A stretch of 64,000 bases of DNA from Candidatus Sulfomarinibacteraceae bacterium (GCA_963796455.1 CAWCLO010000001.1:352001-416000), one strand, 5' to 3'; numbered from the stretch's first letter, positions 48,874 through 60,412 are shown. Notes: generated from the sequence alone by a model not told the origin. A program made the numbers and translations.

Positions 48874-51800
48874 ATTTATCTGGCCCGTCCGCCAGGCGAT
48901 CGGTGGCGTCGGCCGCGAATGCGTCCTGAGGCTCTGATTCACCGCGCAGCGCAACGTACTCGGAGTACAGCGTGCGGGCAGCCTCGGCGTTGCCAAGCTT
49001 CTCGTGGCTTCGGCCGAGCCAGTACAGGGCCGGTGGGAAATACCGCAGGGTGGCACTGTCCACAAGGAAAACGTCGGTGATCTCGCCCTTGGCACGCACC
49101 GCGTGATCGAACTCGTCGAGCGCTTCGGGGTACTGCTCGGCCTCGAAGAAGACCCGCCCCATCAGGTAGTGTCCGAACCACATATCGAATTCCTCGCGGG
49201 CAAGTCGGAACTCGCGCATGGCCGTGCCCAACTGGTCGTTCAAGAGCGCTTTCTCACCGCGGATCAAGGCCGCCAAGGCCGTGGTCTGGCTCTTGAGCCT
49301 GTTTTCCAGGTCGAGAGCGATTTCGTCCGCCCTCTCCTCGTCGCCGGCAGCTAAAAAGACCCGGGCCGCGAGATAGTGGATGCTCTCGTGCTGGCTCAGA
49401 GTCGACCGCTTCGGCGGCCGACGCCACCGCGGCGGCCTTGTCACCCATCGCCATCTGCGATTCGGCGTGGGCAATCAGCATGTTGGCCTTTTCAAAGGGG
49501 TTGTCCGATGACTGTATCGCCGGATAAAGCACTGTAACGGCTTCTGCATGGCGACCCAGGTACATCTCGAGATCGCCCACTGCGATAGGCACCAGCGAGG
49601 AACCCATGCCTCCCGATGCTTCGAGACGGGCATATGCAGCCCTGGCCGCCTCCGCGTCGCCTGCGGCGGCAGCCGCGCGACCGAGGGTGAACAGCGCGTA
49701 GCCGAACTGCTCATTCTGTTCGAAGACCTTTTCCGACTCACCCATCGCGGTTTCGAAATCACCCGCGTAGGTCGCGTAAATCGCGTAGTTGATCCTCTTG
49801 ATCAGATTTCCAGGATCAAGCTCCACCGATCGCCGTCCCGCATCGACGGCGTCGTCAAACCGGCGAACCATGTGGTAGGCATAGCCCAGGTTGGAGTAGG
49901 CACCGCCATCAGCCGGATACTGGTCGACCAGGGTTTGGTAGTTCTCGATTGCCTTTTCATAGTTCCGGGAGACCAGCAGATAGTAGCCACCGAGAGTCCG
50001 GTAGCGTTCGCGTTCGGACATCCGGTCCAGACGCTCGAAAGCCAGCTGATAGGCCTCTTCGGCCTCCGCCTCGCGGCGCAGATTGCCGTAGGTCACTCCC
50101 ATCCCGGCAAAGGCCCTGCCGAACTCGGGATCGGCAGCAACCGCCTCCTGGTAGGCACCGAGGGCAGCTTCGAACTCACCCTGCACAGCCAGATCCTGGC
50201 CGCGCGCGTAGGCCTGCATGGCCTCGACCGATCCCGCAGTGAAGGTCTCGGTTGCCGCCAGGCGATCGCTCTTTGGAGTCGTGTCACCGAGGTCCCCGCG
50301 CAGTTCGGCGGCGATTTTGCCAACCGCGGCCAGCACCGCGTCTTTGTCGTCTGCGGAGGCCCGGACCGTCGCCAGCGGCTTCCCCTCGCCCGGTTCGAGA
50401 CCGGGATCGAGTGCTCTCACCGACAACTCATAACCTTCCCCATCACTCTCGATCGCACCGGCCAGGATCACGCTCACCCCTTCGCGACGAGAAACCAGCC
50501 GGGCCATGGTTTCGTCGAGGGAGCTGCCCGGTTGGATCTGTTCCGCGATCTGGCGGGCATTGGCGGGCTGAATCGCACTGATAAAGGCCGCACCCTCCAT
50601 CGCGATGGTGAGCGCCTGCTCGAGGGCGCCATCAAAGGAGGCGTCGCCGGTCTGATTGCTGAAGTCGGCCACCAGCACCGAGAAGGGGTCCGGTTCGACC
50701 GCCGGCCCGCGCAGGCTGGCGAGCCACCACGTACCTGCAAGCAGGACAGCAACCATTGCCGCTGCCGAGATCACCCCCTTACGGGTGAGACGCCTCGTGA
50801 CCGGAAGCAGATTGCCCTCTTCATCGAGACGATCGAGGTCGGCACGAAGTTCGGCGGTGGTGAGGTAGCGCTCGTTCGGATCGGGGTCCAAACAGCGCGA
50901 GATCATCCGGTCGATCGGCTCGGGAATCGTCGGATCGACCCCACGAATCGGATCCGGGGCTGTCTCGACCCGGCCGCGAAATTCCGCAAAGGCGCTTTCG
51001 GCCCGCTCGATCCGGCGCCGGCCCACCAGCATGTCGCGAAAGATCAAACCCAGCGCATAGATATCGGCCCGTTGATCGACTCCCTGGCCGGCAAATTGTT
51101 CCGGCGCCATGTATTGAAGGGTGCCGACCACGGCACCTGCCTGGGTCTCTTCGGTCACTCCTGCCCGGTGATCCGCCTTTGCACCGACAAGCTCACCAGC
51201 CACCTCGCTGCCGGCCGGGGTCGCCGAGCGGGCGATCCCGAAATCCATGATGTAGCTCTCACCCGTGGATGGTTCGACCATGATGTTGGCGGGTTTGAGA
51301 TCGCGGTGCACCACATCCGCCTCATGGGCCGCGGACAAGCCGGCAACCACCGGGCGAATGATTTCAAGGGCATCGGAAACTGAGACCGTTCCCTCCCGCT
51401 TGAGGATGTGCGACAAATCCTCGCCCTCGATAAAGGTCATGGTGATGTATTTGACGCCCTCGATCTCACCGAGATCGTGAATGCGAACGACGTTTTTGTG
51501 GGTGACCTTTCGTGCCAGCAGCAGTTCTCGTTTGAAGCGACGGTCGAGCTGTTCAGCGAGCGCCGGGTCGGCCGCGACCTCGGGTCGGATCACCTTGAGA
51601 GCGACCGGAATCTCGAGTTCCTTGTCCCATGCCTTGTACACCGCGCCCATACCGCCGAAACCGAGCAGAGTGTCGATCTGGTATCGGCTGCCGAAGCTCT
51701 CTCCGATCTGGAGCGGTCCGCCCATGTCTTTGGGAACCGAAACTGTGACGCCGCCTCCGCCGCGCGACAGGGCCTCGGCCTCGGCAACGCCCATGGTGTG

Positions 51801-52034
51801 ATCAAACTCCGGTTCCTCGGACAGATCGATGGCGGTCTGATCGTCTCCCCCACCGCTGATGATCGCGGTGTGGTCGCCGCTTGCCGCCAAGCCGTCCACC
51901 GGCGTGTGCTCGTCATCCGATGCGGAGTCGAGCGTGATCCGGCTCGATGTCCTCTCACCGATCTTGGAACCACAGTGCACACACCGGTCACGATGAGGGG
52001 CGTTTTCTTTACCGCAGGATGGACAGTTCAGCAA
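48872..52034 (-). pseudogene. Zn-ribbon + Ser/Thr kinase + TM + TPR protein with frameshift near 49401 (or sequencing error)
   Basis: CPSC..CVHC, GFGGMG, HRDLKPAN, DFG, YMAPE; TPRs continue in another frame after AEAVD. Confidence 0.85.
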
Positions 52035-52539
52035 TTGAATACCACCAGTGGATCTCTCCCGACATTCTCCACTTCGACAGCCCTCCGAGGCGCCGTATCT
52101 ACATGAGACAACCACGCACTGCCTGTGATGCTTCCTCGATGAGGATGATTTCTTTCGCACCACATGACGGACAGTTCAGCACGGTTTCACCACCTCGACT
52201 ACATTTTCACGGTTACGTTGCGGCATGCCACAGATAACCACCGAGTTGACCGCAAGCTTCCTGGTTCGCGATATTATCTCGTACACCCAGATGATAGCGT
52301 GGACGCGATCTCAATTACAAATACAGACAGGGGCCTGAAGCTTGGATCTTGATACGTCAAAATTCCCGACCTGTGAAACCTCACGGGTCGGGAGTGGAAT
52401 ACCTCCTCGACTGGCTGATCAATCGGCCGGTCCAGAGTGTCGAACCACCCCTCGCACCGGCCCTGGACTTACAACCACTGTCGGGCACATCACGGATCAG
52501 GTCCGCCGAAAATACCCCATCGCCATCGTTGGCGGGACG

Positions 52540-53280
52540 CTACTCCCCAAGCACACAGCGAATGCCGGGCGCGCATACCGTCGGAATGCCTTCGACAATG
52601 AAACCGCAACAGAACGCGTGACCTTCGACCTCGTTCCAACAGGGATCGCTACAGCACTCCCCATCGGGCGCCCACGGCAGGCAACACGCCGAGTCGCACG
52701 GTTCCGTACAGTCGTCACACGGAATCACATGAAACAGGGTCGAGTCTGACCAGGAATCTCCGGACCTGGGCGACGAAAGATCAGCCGTGACTCGATGAGC
52801 GCCGGGTCCCTCGGCAAAGTCCATCGCCAGCGCGATCGTAAACGACGTGACCGGCAGCAGATCACCCGGCATCGGCGACACCACCGACCACTCAAAGCGC
52901 GAAGGATCGACGCTCCAGCAGTCAACAGTTTTGACACGCCAGCGAAGTTTCGTTCCTCTCCTCGTTTGAATCCTTTTTCTCTTGAGATCGACAACGCAGC
53001 TCCCCATTTCTTCAAAGACGGTCATTTCCTCGAATCCCTGGTCCCAGAAGATTTCCACACGAGCCGGGCCCTTTGCCGAGAACTTCCGATTCATCTTGAA
53101 GAGAGCGGTTACCGGAACATCCTGGAGGTCGGTAAGGACCTCATCCATCACAGGCTCGATGATTTGAACTTTGGCTTTGATCTGTCGGCCGCACTTTTCC
53201 GGAGCCTGCTCGATTTCACCCGCGACGGTGAAACCCGAAATCGCAACAACCAAAACCACAATGAACGCAGATTTCGACAT
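52540..53280 (-). CDS. Secreted hypothetical protein with Cys-rich C-terminus
   Basis: Signal peptide; CDDCTEPCDSACC...CC...C...CC...C...C. Confidence 0.65.
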   Translation of the reverse strand: MSKSAFIVVLVVAISGFTVAGEIEQAPEKCGRQIKAKVQIIEPVMDEVLTDLQDVPVTALFKMNRKFSAKGPARVEIFWDQGFEEMTVFEEMGSCVVDLKRKRIQTRRGTKLRWRVKTVDCWSVDPSRFEWSVVSPMPGDLLPVTSFTIALAMDFAEGPGAHRVTADLSSPRSGDSWSDSTLFHVIPCDDCTEPCDSACCLPWAPDGECCSDPCWNEVEGHAFCCGFIVEGIPTVCAPGIRCVLGE

Positions 53281-53373
53281 CACTCAATCTCCCTTCATTC
53301 AAGATCTCAAAAAACCTTCGCAGACACTCGATACTTTCCCGCCCCTTTCCGGGCACCTTCAAATCGTCTCCCG

Positions 53374-56300
53374 CTAGTGCACAACCCAGGACCAGCGGTC
53401 GGCGAGCCCGGTTTCGAAATGCCCTTTGAAAAACAGTCGCTTCCCACCGCAACCGGTAGCGTGCAGGGTCGAAATTTCGTTCGCAGAAAGTGCCCGATTG
53501 TAGATCGCGAGGTCGTCAATAAGCCCATCGATGACATCCCAACCGTCATGCCCACCGATGTAAACAGTGGGCATCCCCGGAGGCAATGCCTGATCAACGA
53601 CGACCGCAGTAGCATCCGGTACACCGTCGATAAACCCGGTCATTACATCGCTTGTGGCGTCGTAGGTGATTGCCACGTGGTGCCAACTTTGGGCCGAAAG
53701 CTGCAGCTCGCCGATAAAAACCGCTCCGTAGTCGTACCAGCACAGCCGACCATCGTTCAGAAAGAACCCGTGTTCCGGATCGGCATAAATAGTCGCCCAC
53801 GGCGGCGTGTTGGTTCCCTGATAGGAGACCCAGCCCTCGACCGTGAAGCTGTCGGCAACGGGGAAATTGGTCAATGCGACCTGATCGTCAACGGCATCAA
53901 ACGAAAACGCCTTCCCCGACACGCCGCTCTCGAACGCAACCCCGTTGTCGAGGGTGCAGGAAGACACTCCAACCACGTCATCGCCCGAACCATTGGCGGG
54001 CCAATACGCAACCATGCCGGGCGGCAAGCCCGCTATCGGGCCACCAAAGACCCCTGCCACCACGCCCCTCGTTCGATTCGCCTCGGTACCGAGGTCCGAG
54101 CACGTGAAGGATCCCGTACCGGTATTGATACAAAGTTGGTTTCTCTCGTCCGTGTTGGCGAGAACCACGTCGAGGTCGTTGTCGCCGTCGATGTCTGTCA
54201 ACGCGACCCCACTGCTCGCGTTGACATCGGGCGAAAGGTCACCGCACGAAAACGAAGCTGTCCCATCGTTCAAGCAAAGGCGATTGGTCTGTCCCTCGTT
54301 CGCGATCACGATATCGAGTCCGCCCGAACCGTCGACATCCCCTATCGCCAGCCCTCGGCTGAAATCATCTCTCGAGCCCAGATCAGCGCAACTGAAAACT
54401 GCAGAACCGTCGTTCAAACACACACGGTTCCGAGACCACTCATTCGAAAAGACGATATCGAGACCGTCTTGATCATCGAGGTCGGCCACGACAACCCGAA
54501 GGCTCCTGTCAGCATCCGTACCGATATCGCCACAGGAGAACCCGCCGCTTCCATCGTTCAGGCACAATCGGTTGACTCCGCCCGACTCAGCTGGGTGTCC
54601 CCAGTTTGCGAATACGAGATCGGCCCCATTGATTCCGTCAATGTCCGCACGCGCAACACCCACATTGCCGTCTGCGACCTCGCTGATGTCGCTGCACGAG
54701 AAGACGCCGGCACCTTCATTGAGACAAATCCGGTCCCTTTGCCGGTTATTGGCGAATGCCGCGTCGAGATCATCGTCGCCGTCGAAGTCCCAGAGAACGA
54801 CACCGCGCGACATGTTTTCGTCAGGACTCACGTTCCGACAGGTAAATGATCCTGCACCGTCGTTGAGGCACACACGATTCGTCTCGCCATCACCGTTCGC
54901 CAGGCCCTGGTTCGCGATCACCATGTCGATCCCATTGCCGCAATCAATCGGACCAAGGGCAATCACCCAGCTTTCCCGAGCGTCTGTGCTGATATCCGTG
55001 CAGCTCAACCCTCCGACACCATCGTTGAGACAGATCCGGTTCTCCTGGTATTCATTGGCAAAGACGAGATCGACAATTTTGGGGTCGTAGGAGTGATCGC
55101 GATTGAAGGTCGCTATGCAGCTCGTATCAACCACCATCTCGGCCGTCGCATCGTCACAGTCAGAATCACCCGACCATCCGGCAAAAACCGAATCGCTGTC
55201 CGGCCGCGCTGTGAGCTTGACCTGTGTTCCGGCATCGTACGGTTCCACACAATCCGATCCGCAATCAATCCCCGGCGGAGTGGTGGTCACTGCGCCGCCG
55301 CCGTCCCCCGCGAGAGTGACCGTCAGAGTGAACGATTCAAGAGTGGTGACGGTGAAGGTATCTGAAACACCTCCGATCGTGAGAACCAAATCGGTTGCGA
55401 TGAGGTTTTCGGACGACGAGGTCTGACGCACGCGCACTTCCTGGCCATCACCGGCGGTTCCGGAATCCGACGACCACCCGCCGCCAGCCACCGAGTACTC
55501 ACAGGACGAACTCGTGCAGGATTCGATGGCAATCGACACCGCCGTGTCGATTCCGGCAACGGTGACAGCATCCGACTCCACCGTCGAGTCCCGCGGCACG
55601 TCAACCCGGTCGTTGAACACAAAACCATCGGGGGTCGCGTCACGGAGCACACATTTGCCTGAGCAGCCCTGCTGGTAGAGGGCATAGATCTCGTGCCCGG
55701 TCAGCACGCCGTCGTAGACAGAAAGTTCGTCGACCTTGCCATCCAACACATCCCAGCCATCGTGACCGCCAATGCTGACGTATGGCAAACCCGGGGGAAG
55801 TGCACTGCCGGCAAAGGTGGACGTACCGTCTGCCTCGCCATCAACGTATCCGGTAAAGGTGCTCGTATTCGAGTCGTATGTGATCGCAATGTGGTGCCAC
55901 TCCTGGGCTGGTATGGCGATATCGCCGACGAATTGATTCCCGAACTCGTACCAGTTGACCCTTCGATCAAGCAGAAAAAGCCCGTGATCGCCATCGGCAT
56001 AGATGGTTGCCCACGGCGAATCGTTGGTGCCGACGTAGTACACCCAGGCTTCGATTGTGAAATTGTCCGCTGCGGGAAAGCTCGTGAAGGTTACCTGGTC
56101 GTTCATACCGTCGAAGCTGAAGGCCTGTCCCGCCTTGCCGTCCGCGAAGGTCGCACCGCCCTCGAGCACACCCTCGTAGCTGCCGACCACATCCTTCGCC
56201 GATAAGTCGGCGGCCCAGTAGGCAACGAGATTGGCCGGAGCGCAGCTCGTTGTGTTCCCGAAGACCCCGGTCACAACACCCCGGGTGTGGTTGGTGTCCG

Positions 56301-57405
56301 TGCTGACATTGCTGCACAAAAATGAACCGGATCCGTCGTTCAGGCAGACCTGGTTCTCCTGGTCCAGGTTCGCGAACAAAGCATCGAGATCACCATCCTC
56401 ATCGACATCCGCGAGTGCGACACCGGTGCTCGCGTTGACGTCCGGACTGGCATCGACACAACCCAGACCTCCCGATCCGTTATTGAGGCAGATCTCGTTC
56501 TTGACGCCGATATTGGCGAAGAGGACATCGGGACCGTTGGCTCCATCGAGGTCTGCGATCGCCAATCCGTAGCTGAAGTCCTCCCTGGCGCTGACATCGC
56601 CGCACGTGAAAGCTCCCAAACCATTGTTGAGGCAGATCCTGTTCTTCTCCCCATCGGTCGAGATCACAGCGTCAATGCCGTTCGTACCATCGATATCATC
56701 GAGAGCGACCCGCAGGCTGGAAAAAGTGTCCGCGCTGACGTCGCTGCACGAAAAGGAACCAGATCCGCTGTTGAGGCAGACTCGATCGGCTTCGCCGTAG
56801 TTGGCGAAGACCAGATCGAGACCATTGACACCGTCAAGATCGGCGGCGGCCACACCGACAGAGCTGTTGGTGTCGTCGTTGAGATCGACGCAGGTGAAGC
56901 TCGCCTTCCCGTCATTGAAGCACAACCGGTTTTCCTGACCGTTGTTCGCCGTGGCGGCGTCGAGATCGCCATCGTCATCAAAATCGCCGAGAACAACACC
57001 TCGGGTTGCGCCGACATCACCGTTGACCGCGGCGCAGGTGAGGGAGCCGGTGCCATCATTGAGACAGATTTCGTTCGCGGGGCCCGCGTTCGCCACAAAG
57101 ATGTCCAAGCCGCTGCCGCAGTCGAGCGGTCCGACGGCGGCCGTCCAGGTCGACAACTCGGACAAACTCAGGTCGGAGCAGGCGAAGTCACCTGCGCCAT
57201 CACCAACGCAGATCCTGTTCGTCTGCCCGTCGTTCCCGAAAACGGCTTCAACGTGAGGCGTCTGAATCACAACTTTTTGCCGGTCGGTGTTTTTTGACTG
57301 ATTGCCGGCGCTACCGGTCACCCCGCGTTCCTCGGCACCGAGAGCAACCCACGGGCATAGCAGCACCAGCACCAACACCAAAAAGTCGAAGCACCTTCTG
57401 ATCAT
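53374..57405 (-). CDS. Secreted FG-GAP/VCBS repeat + LamG protein (duplicated module)
   Basis: DxDGDxDLD repeats with paired Cys; two LamG blocks (WHHxAITYD); InlB-B-like repeat; SD upstream of MIRR. Confidence 0.88.
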   Translation of the reverse strand: MIRRCFDFLVLVLVLLCPWVALGAEERGVTGSAGNQSKNTDRQKVVIQTPHVEAVFGNDGQTNRICVGDGAGDFACSDLSLSELSTWTAAVGPLDCGSGLDIFVANAGPANEICLNDGTGSLTCAAVNGDVGATRGVVLGDFDDDGDLDAATANNGQENRLCFNDGKASFTCVDLNDDTNSSVGVAAADLDGVNGLDLVFANYGEADRVCLNSGSGSFSCSDVSADTFSSLRVALDDIDGTNGIDAVISTDGEKNRICLNNGLGAFTCGDVSAREDFSYGLAIADLDGANGPDVLFANIGVKNEICLNNGSGGLGCVDASPDVNASTGVALADVDEDGDLDALFANLDQENQVCLNDGSGSFLCSNVSTDTNHTRGVVTGVFGNTTSCAPANLVAYWAADLSAKDVVGSYEGVLEGGATFADGKAGQAFSFDGMNDQVTFTSFPAADNFTIEAWVYYVGTNDSPWATIYADGDHGLFLLDRRVNWYEFGNQFVGDIAIPAQEWHHIAITYDSNTSTFTGYVDGEADGTSTFAGSALPPGLPYVSIGGHDGWDVLDGKVDELSVYDGVLTGHEIYALYQQGCSGKCVLRDATPDGFVFNDRVDVPRDSTVESDAVTVAGIDTAVSIAIESCTSSSCEYSVAGGGWSSDSGTAGDGQEVRVRQTSSSENLIATDLVLTIGGVSDTFTVTTLESFTLTVTLAGDGGGAVTTTPPGIDCGSDCVEPYDAGTQVKLTARPDSDSVFAGWSGDSDCDDATAEMVVDTSCIATFNRDHSYDPKIVDLVFANEYQENRICLNDGVGGLSCTDISTDARESWVIALGPIDCGNGIDMVIANQGLANGDGETNRVCLNDGAGSFTCRNVSPDENMSRGVVLWDFDGDDDLDAAFANNRQRDRICLNEGAGVFSCSDISEVADGNVGVARADIDGINGADLVFANWGHPAESGGVNRLCLNDGSGGFSCGDIGTDADRSLRVVVADLDDQDGLDIVFSNEWSRNRVCLNDGSAVFSCADLGSRDDFSRGLAIGDVDGSGGLDIVIANEGQTNRLCLNDGTASFSCGDLSPDVNASSGVALTDIDGDNDLDVVLANTDERNQLCINTGTGSFTCSDLGTEANRTRGVVAGVFGGPIAGLPPGMVAYWPANGSGDDVVGVSSCTLDNGVAFESGVSGKAFSFDAVDDQVALTNFPVADSFTVEGWVSYQGTNTPPWATIYADPEHGFFLNDGRLCWYDYGAVFIGELQLSAQSWHHVAITYDATSDVMTGFIDGVPDATAVVVDQALPPGMPTVYIGGHDGWDVIDGLIDDLAIYNRALSANEISTLHATGCGGKRLFFKGHFETGLADRWSWVVH

Positions 57406-58483
57406 TTCCCCACCTCCCCGAGTCGTCCCGAAGTTCATTATTGATTCCATAGGTGACACCACCTGAGTAATGGGAATCGCCAAACTGTGACAAGAAAGAC
57501 CAAAACCGCGTGTCGCGGATCAAATTTGCGAGCAGGGACTTGTTTGAACCGAATTCGAGGAGGATGCCGGTAATTGAAATACCTGAAAATTCCAGGTGCG
57601 ACACCTCGGAATCTGAGACGCAGACAAGATGTGGGCCGAAATAGCCCTGATCTGCCGCGATGCTTGTTATCAGGACATTCTCTCGATCGTCTGCATACAC
57701 GAGCGTGTCGGCAAGATCCGCGACAATCCCGAAACCGGCTCTATCCACCGTCACCCCTTCCGCATCGATATTGAGCGCGGTGCCGGCGAACACCTCCGGA
57801 CACACCATTTCCTGATCGAAGACGACGGTTTCGCCCGGGCGTGGTGAGGACCGTTCGACAGCGTGGCGTTGCTGAGGTGGCTGGACGGACAATCAAAAAA
57901 ACGACCGTGCTTCGACCGAACGGACCTGTATGGACCTCACGGAACATGAAGAACTTCCTCGTCAAGACCATCTGACAGAATGGAGAAAAAACTTCGTATT
58001 GTGAAGGGTCAGAGACTTATGATGATGTCTTTGCGTTGAGGCGACTATATCGGGGAAAAGTGGGTCATCAACACGAAAGATCATGAACCAAGACGAACCC
58101 TGCGAACGGAACCTTACGAGGAACACCGGCATTCAGAATCCCCAGCCCCTGAGAAAAAGAAAAAATAACCCGCAGCGATATTCTGCGGACGATCGAGAGC
58201 AAGAATCTGTCTCAAAAACCGCGGGCTCACCACTAGCAATACACCTTCCGGGGCAATTCCATACTCAAACTTTTTCCGATAATCTGAATGTGGGTCCAAA
58301 TTATAGAATTGTCAACTAAAATACATTTGAGCAGTAACGATTCTCAATGCAAGTCTTAAACTTGATCACACATGCAATTTTCATGTTGTAGCGTGTCCGT
58401 ACAGCCGACCGATCACAAGAGGCCATCAAGCGATCGGGAGAGGTACAGTTGACATCTGCGGTCCCACAACCAAGAATCGTCCG

Positions 58484-59845
58484 ATGCAGGAAATTGCCGA
58501 CAACCGGCGGCCGACCCAGATGATGCTCGCGATTGCGGATGCCGTCGTCCTGGTGGCCTCCGGTTGTGCCGCGACCATGATTCGTTTTGGCAGCGGTCTG
58601 TTCGATCGCGAAATCGGGCGGTTGCTCGAGCACCCGGGCTTTATCGCCTACGCGATTCTCGCTCAGCTTGCGCTGGCCATCACCTTCGATCTCTACCGAC
58701 CGGAGAGTTGGCGCACCCGCGACTATGTCCTCGCCCGGATTCTGGCCCTGGGTGCATGCCTGGCAATGGCTCTCGCGCTCGGGACCTATCTCGTGCCGCA
58801 ATGGCGTTTCGGCCGCGGTCTCCTCGCCCTGACCCTGGCGCTCTCGCTACCGGCACAGACGATCATCCGCTTGCTCTGGCTCCGACTGACTTCTCGACCG
58901 CCGTCGCGAAGGGCAGTCGTCATCGGTGACGGACCGATCGTCGGGGCTCTCGAACAGGTCCTTGCAAACCGGCCGTCGCCGCCGTTTCAGATCGTCCGCC
59001 ATCTGCCGGCGCCAAACGGTACGGAAGGCAACCCCTTCGGAGAGGAGGACATCGACGACGCCGACCTCGTGATCGTGGCCCAACTGGCCGATGACGAGGC
59101 CGCCAAACGTCTTGCGGCGCTCAATTTCCGGGGCACCACGGTCATCGATTCAGCCGGCGCCTATGCGGCACTCACCGGCCGGATTCCCGTCCGCCAGGTC
59201 GATTCACGCTGGTTCATCGCGACCGGTGATTTTTCGTCGCTCGCGACCACCGGTTTTCGCTACGTTCAGCGTCTGCTCGATGTGGCTGCCGCCACCGTGT
59301 TGCTCATTCTGACCTCGCCGTTGATTCTGCTCGCCGCTTTCAGCACCATCGTCACGGATGGCTTGCCGGTCATCTATCAACAGCAACGTCTGGGCCTCTT
59401 CGGGCGGCCTTTCACCCTCTTCAAGTTGCGCACGATGCGCCGGTCCGCCGAGGACGACGGCCCCCGGTTTTCGAGCGACAACGATGCGCGAGTGCTGCCG
59501 ATCGGCCGCTTGCTCCGGCGATGGCGGATCGACGAACTTCCCCAACTCGTCAACATTCTGCGCGGCGAGATGAGCCTGGTCGGGCCCCGACCGGAACGAC
59601 CCGTCCTCGCCGAAAAACTGGAACGGGAGATTCCGTTCTACGCCTTCCGGTATTCGGTTCGACCCGGTCTCACCGGTTGGGCCCAGGTGCAGTTCCCCTA
59701 CTGCTCGGATCCCGAGGAACACCAGGTCAAACTCGAGTTCGATCTCTATTCCCTGCGCCACCAGGGACCGGCGATGTACGTGATCGTACTGCTGAGGACC
59801 CTCGGTGTTTTGATCTTCCCACCGGAGAAGAAGCGCGCAGGATAG
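58484..59845 (+). CDS. Polyprenyl glycosylphosphotransferase (WcaJ-like sugar transferase)
   Basis: FKLRTM, RIDELPQL, MSLVGPRPE, PGLTGWAQV. Confidence 0.93.
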   Translation: MQEIADNRRPTQMMLAIADAVVLVASGCAATMIRFGSGLFDREIGRLLEHPGFIAYAILAQLALAITFDLYRPESWRTRDYVLARILALGACLAMALALGTYLVPQWRFGRGLLALTLALSLPAQTIIRLLWLRLTSRPPSRRAVVIGDGPIVGALEQVLANRPSPPFQIVRHLPAPNGTEGNPFGEEDIDDADLVIVAQLADDEAAKRLAALNFRGTTVIDSAGAYAALTGRIPVRQVDSRWFIATGDFSSLATTGFRYVQRLLDVAAATVLLILTSPLILLAAFSTIVTDGLPVIYQQQRLGLFGRPFTLFKLRTMRRSAEDDGPRFSSDNDARVLPIGRLLRRWRIDELPQLVNILRGEMSLVGPRPERPVLAEKLEREIPFYAFRYSVRPGLTGWAQVQFPYCSDPEEHQVKLEFDLYSLRHQGPAMYVIVLLRTLGVLIFPPEKKRAG

Positions 59846-59883
59846 CCTGATCCTGGATGCTCGATACTGGATGCTCGATGCTC

Positions 59884-60344
59884 GATCACTCTTGTCCAAG
59901 ACAGAGTCTCGGATAGCGCGCAGGGACAGCGGCAGAGAACGGTCGACGGAGTCAGCGGCAGCGTTCAGTGTTCAGGTTCAGCGATCAGCGGCCGGGACAG
60001 TGAACAGCACTCATTTCTTCGGGGCTCCGGCCTTGGTGGTGCGGCCGTCTCGGCCGCACGGTGTGCAGGCGAGACGCCTACACCACAACGGCTGTTCCTT
60101 ATGTTGAAAGACTCGGAGGTGGCCATACCGCCGCATGAACTCCAGACTGCTGCCGCTGATCGCTGAACACTGATCCCTGCTCACTGTCGCTGCCGCTGCC
60201 GCTGGACACTGTCGCTGACGCTGCAATTCGGGATCGGGTACGGGTACGGGCCAATCGCGAACCGGATATGCCAAAAACCAACCCGTAAACCTCGTGTTGT
60301 CAGGCGGGTAACTTCATGACAATCTGTGTTGGACAGCTGTGATC
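59884..60344. mobile_element. TIR-bounded element copy E without the gene, carrying a REP-like doublet
   Basis: Left end almost identical to copy A; right end CTGTGTTGGACAGCTGTGATC. Confidence 0.75.
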
Positions 60345-60383
60345 GATTATCCAGTATCCAGTATCTGAATCGAACCCGGGCGC

Positions 60384-60412
60384 TTGACACGTTTCCCCAC
60401 TCGCTGGATACT
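60384..60412 (+). promoter_or_regulatory. Sigma70 promoter upstream of the riboswitch
   Basis: TTGACA-17 nt-GATACT. Confidence 0.6.

Noticed and set aside
52795..54849. Long antisense ORFs (also 10089-11837, 20577-22082, 49548-51383, 60905-62524)
   Set aside because: They are shadows of well-supported opposite-strand genes in GC-rich DNA.
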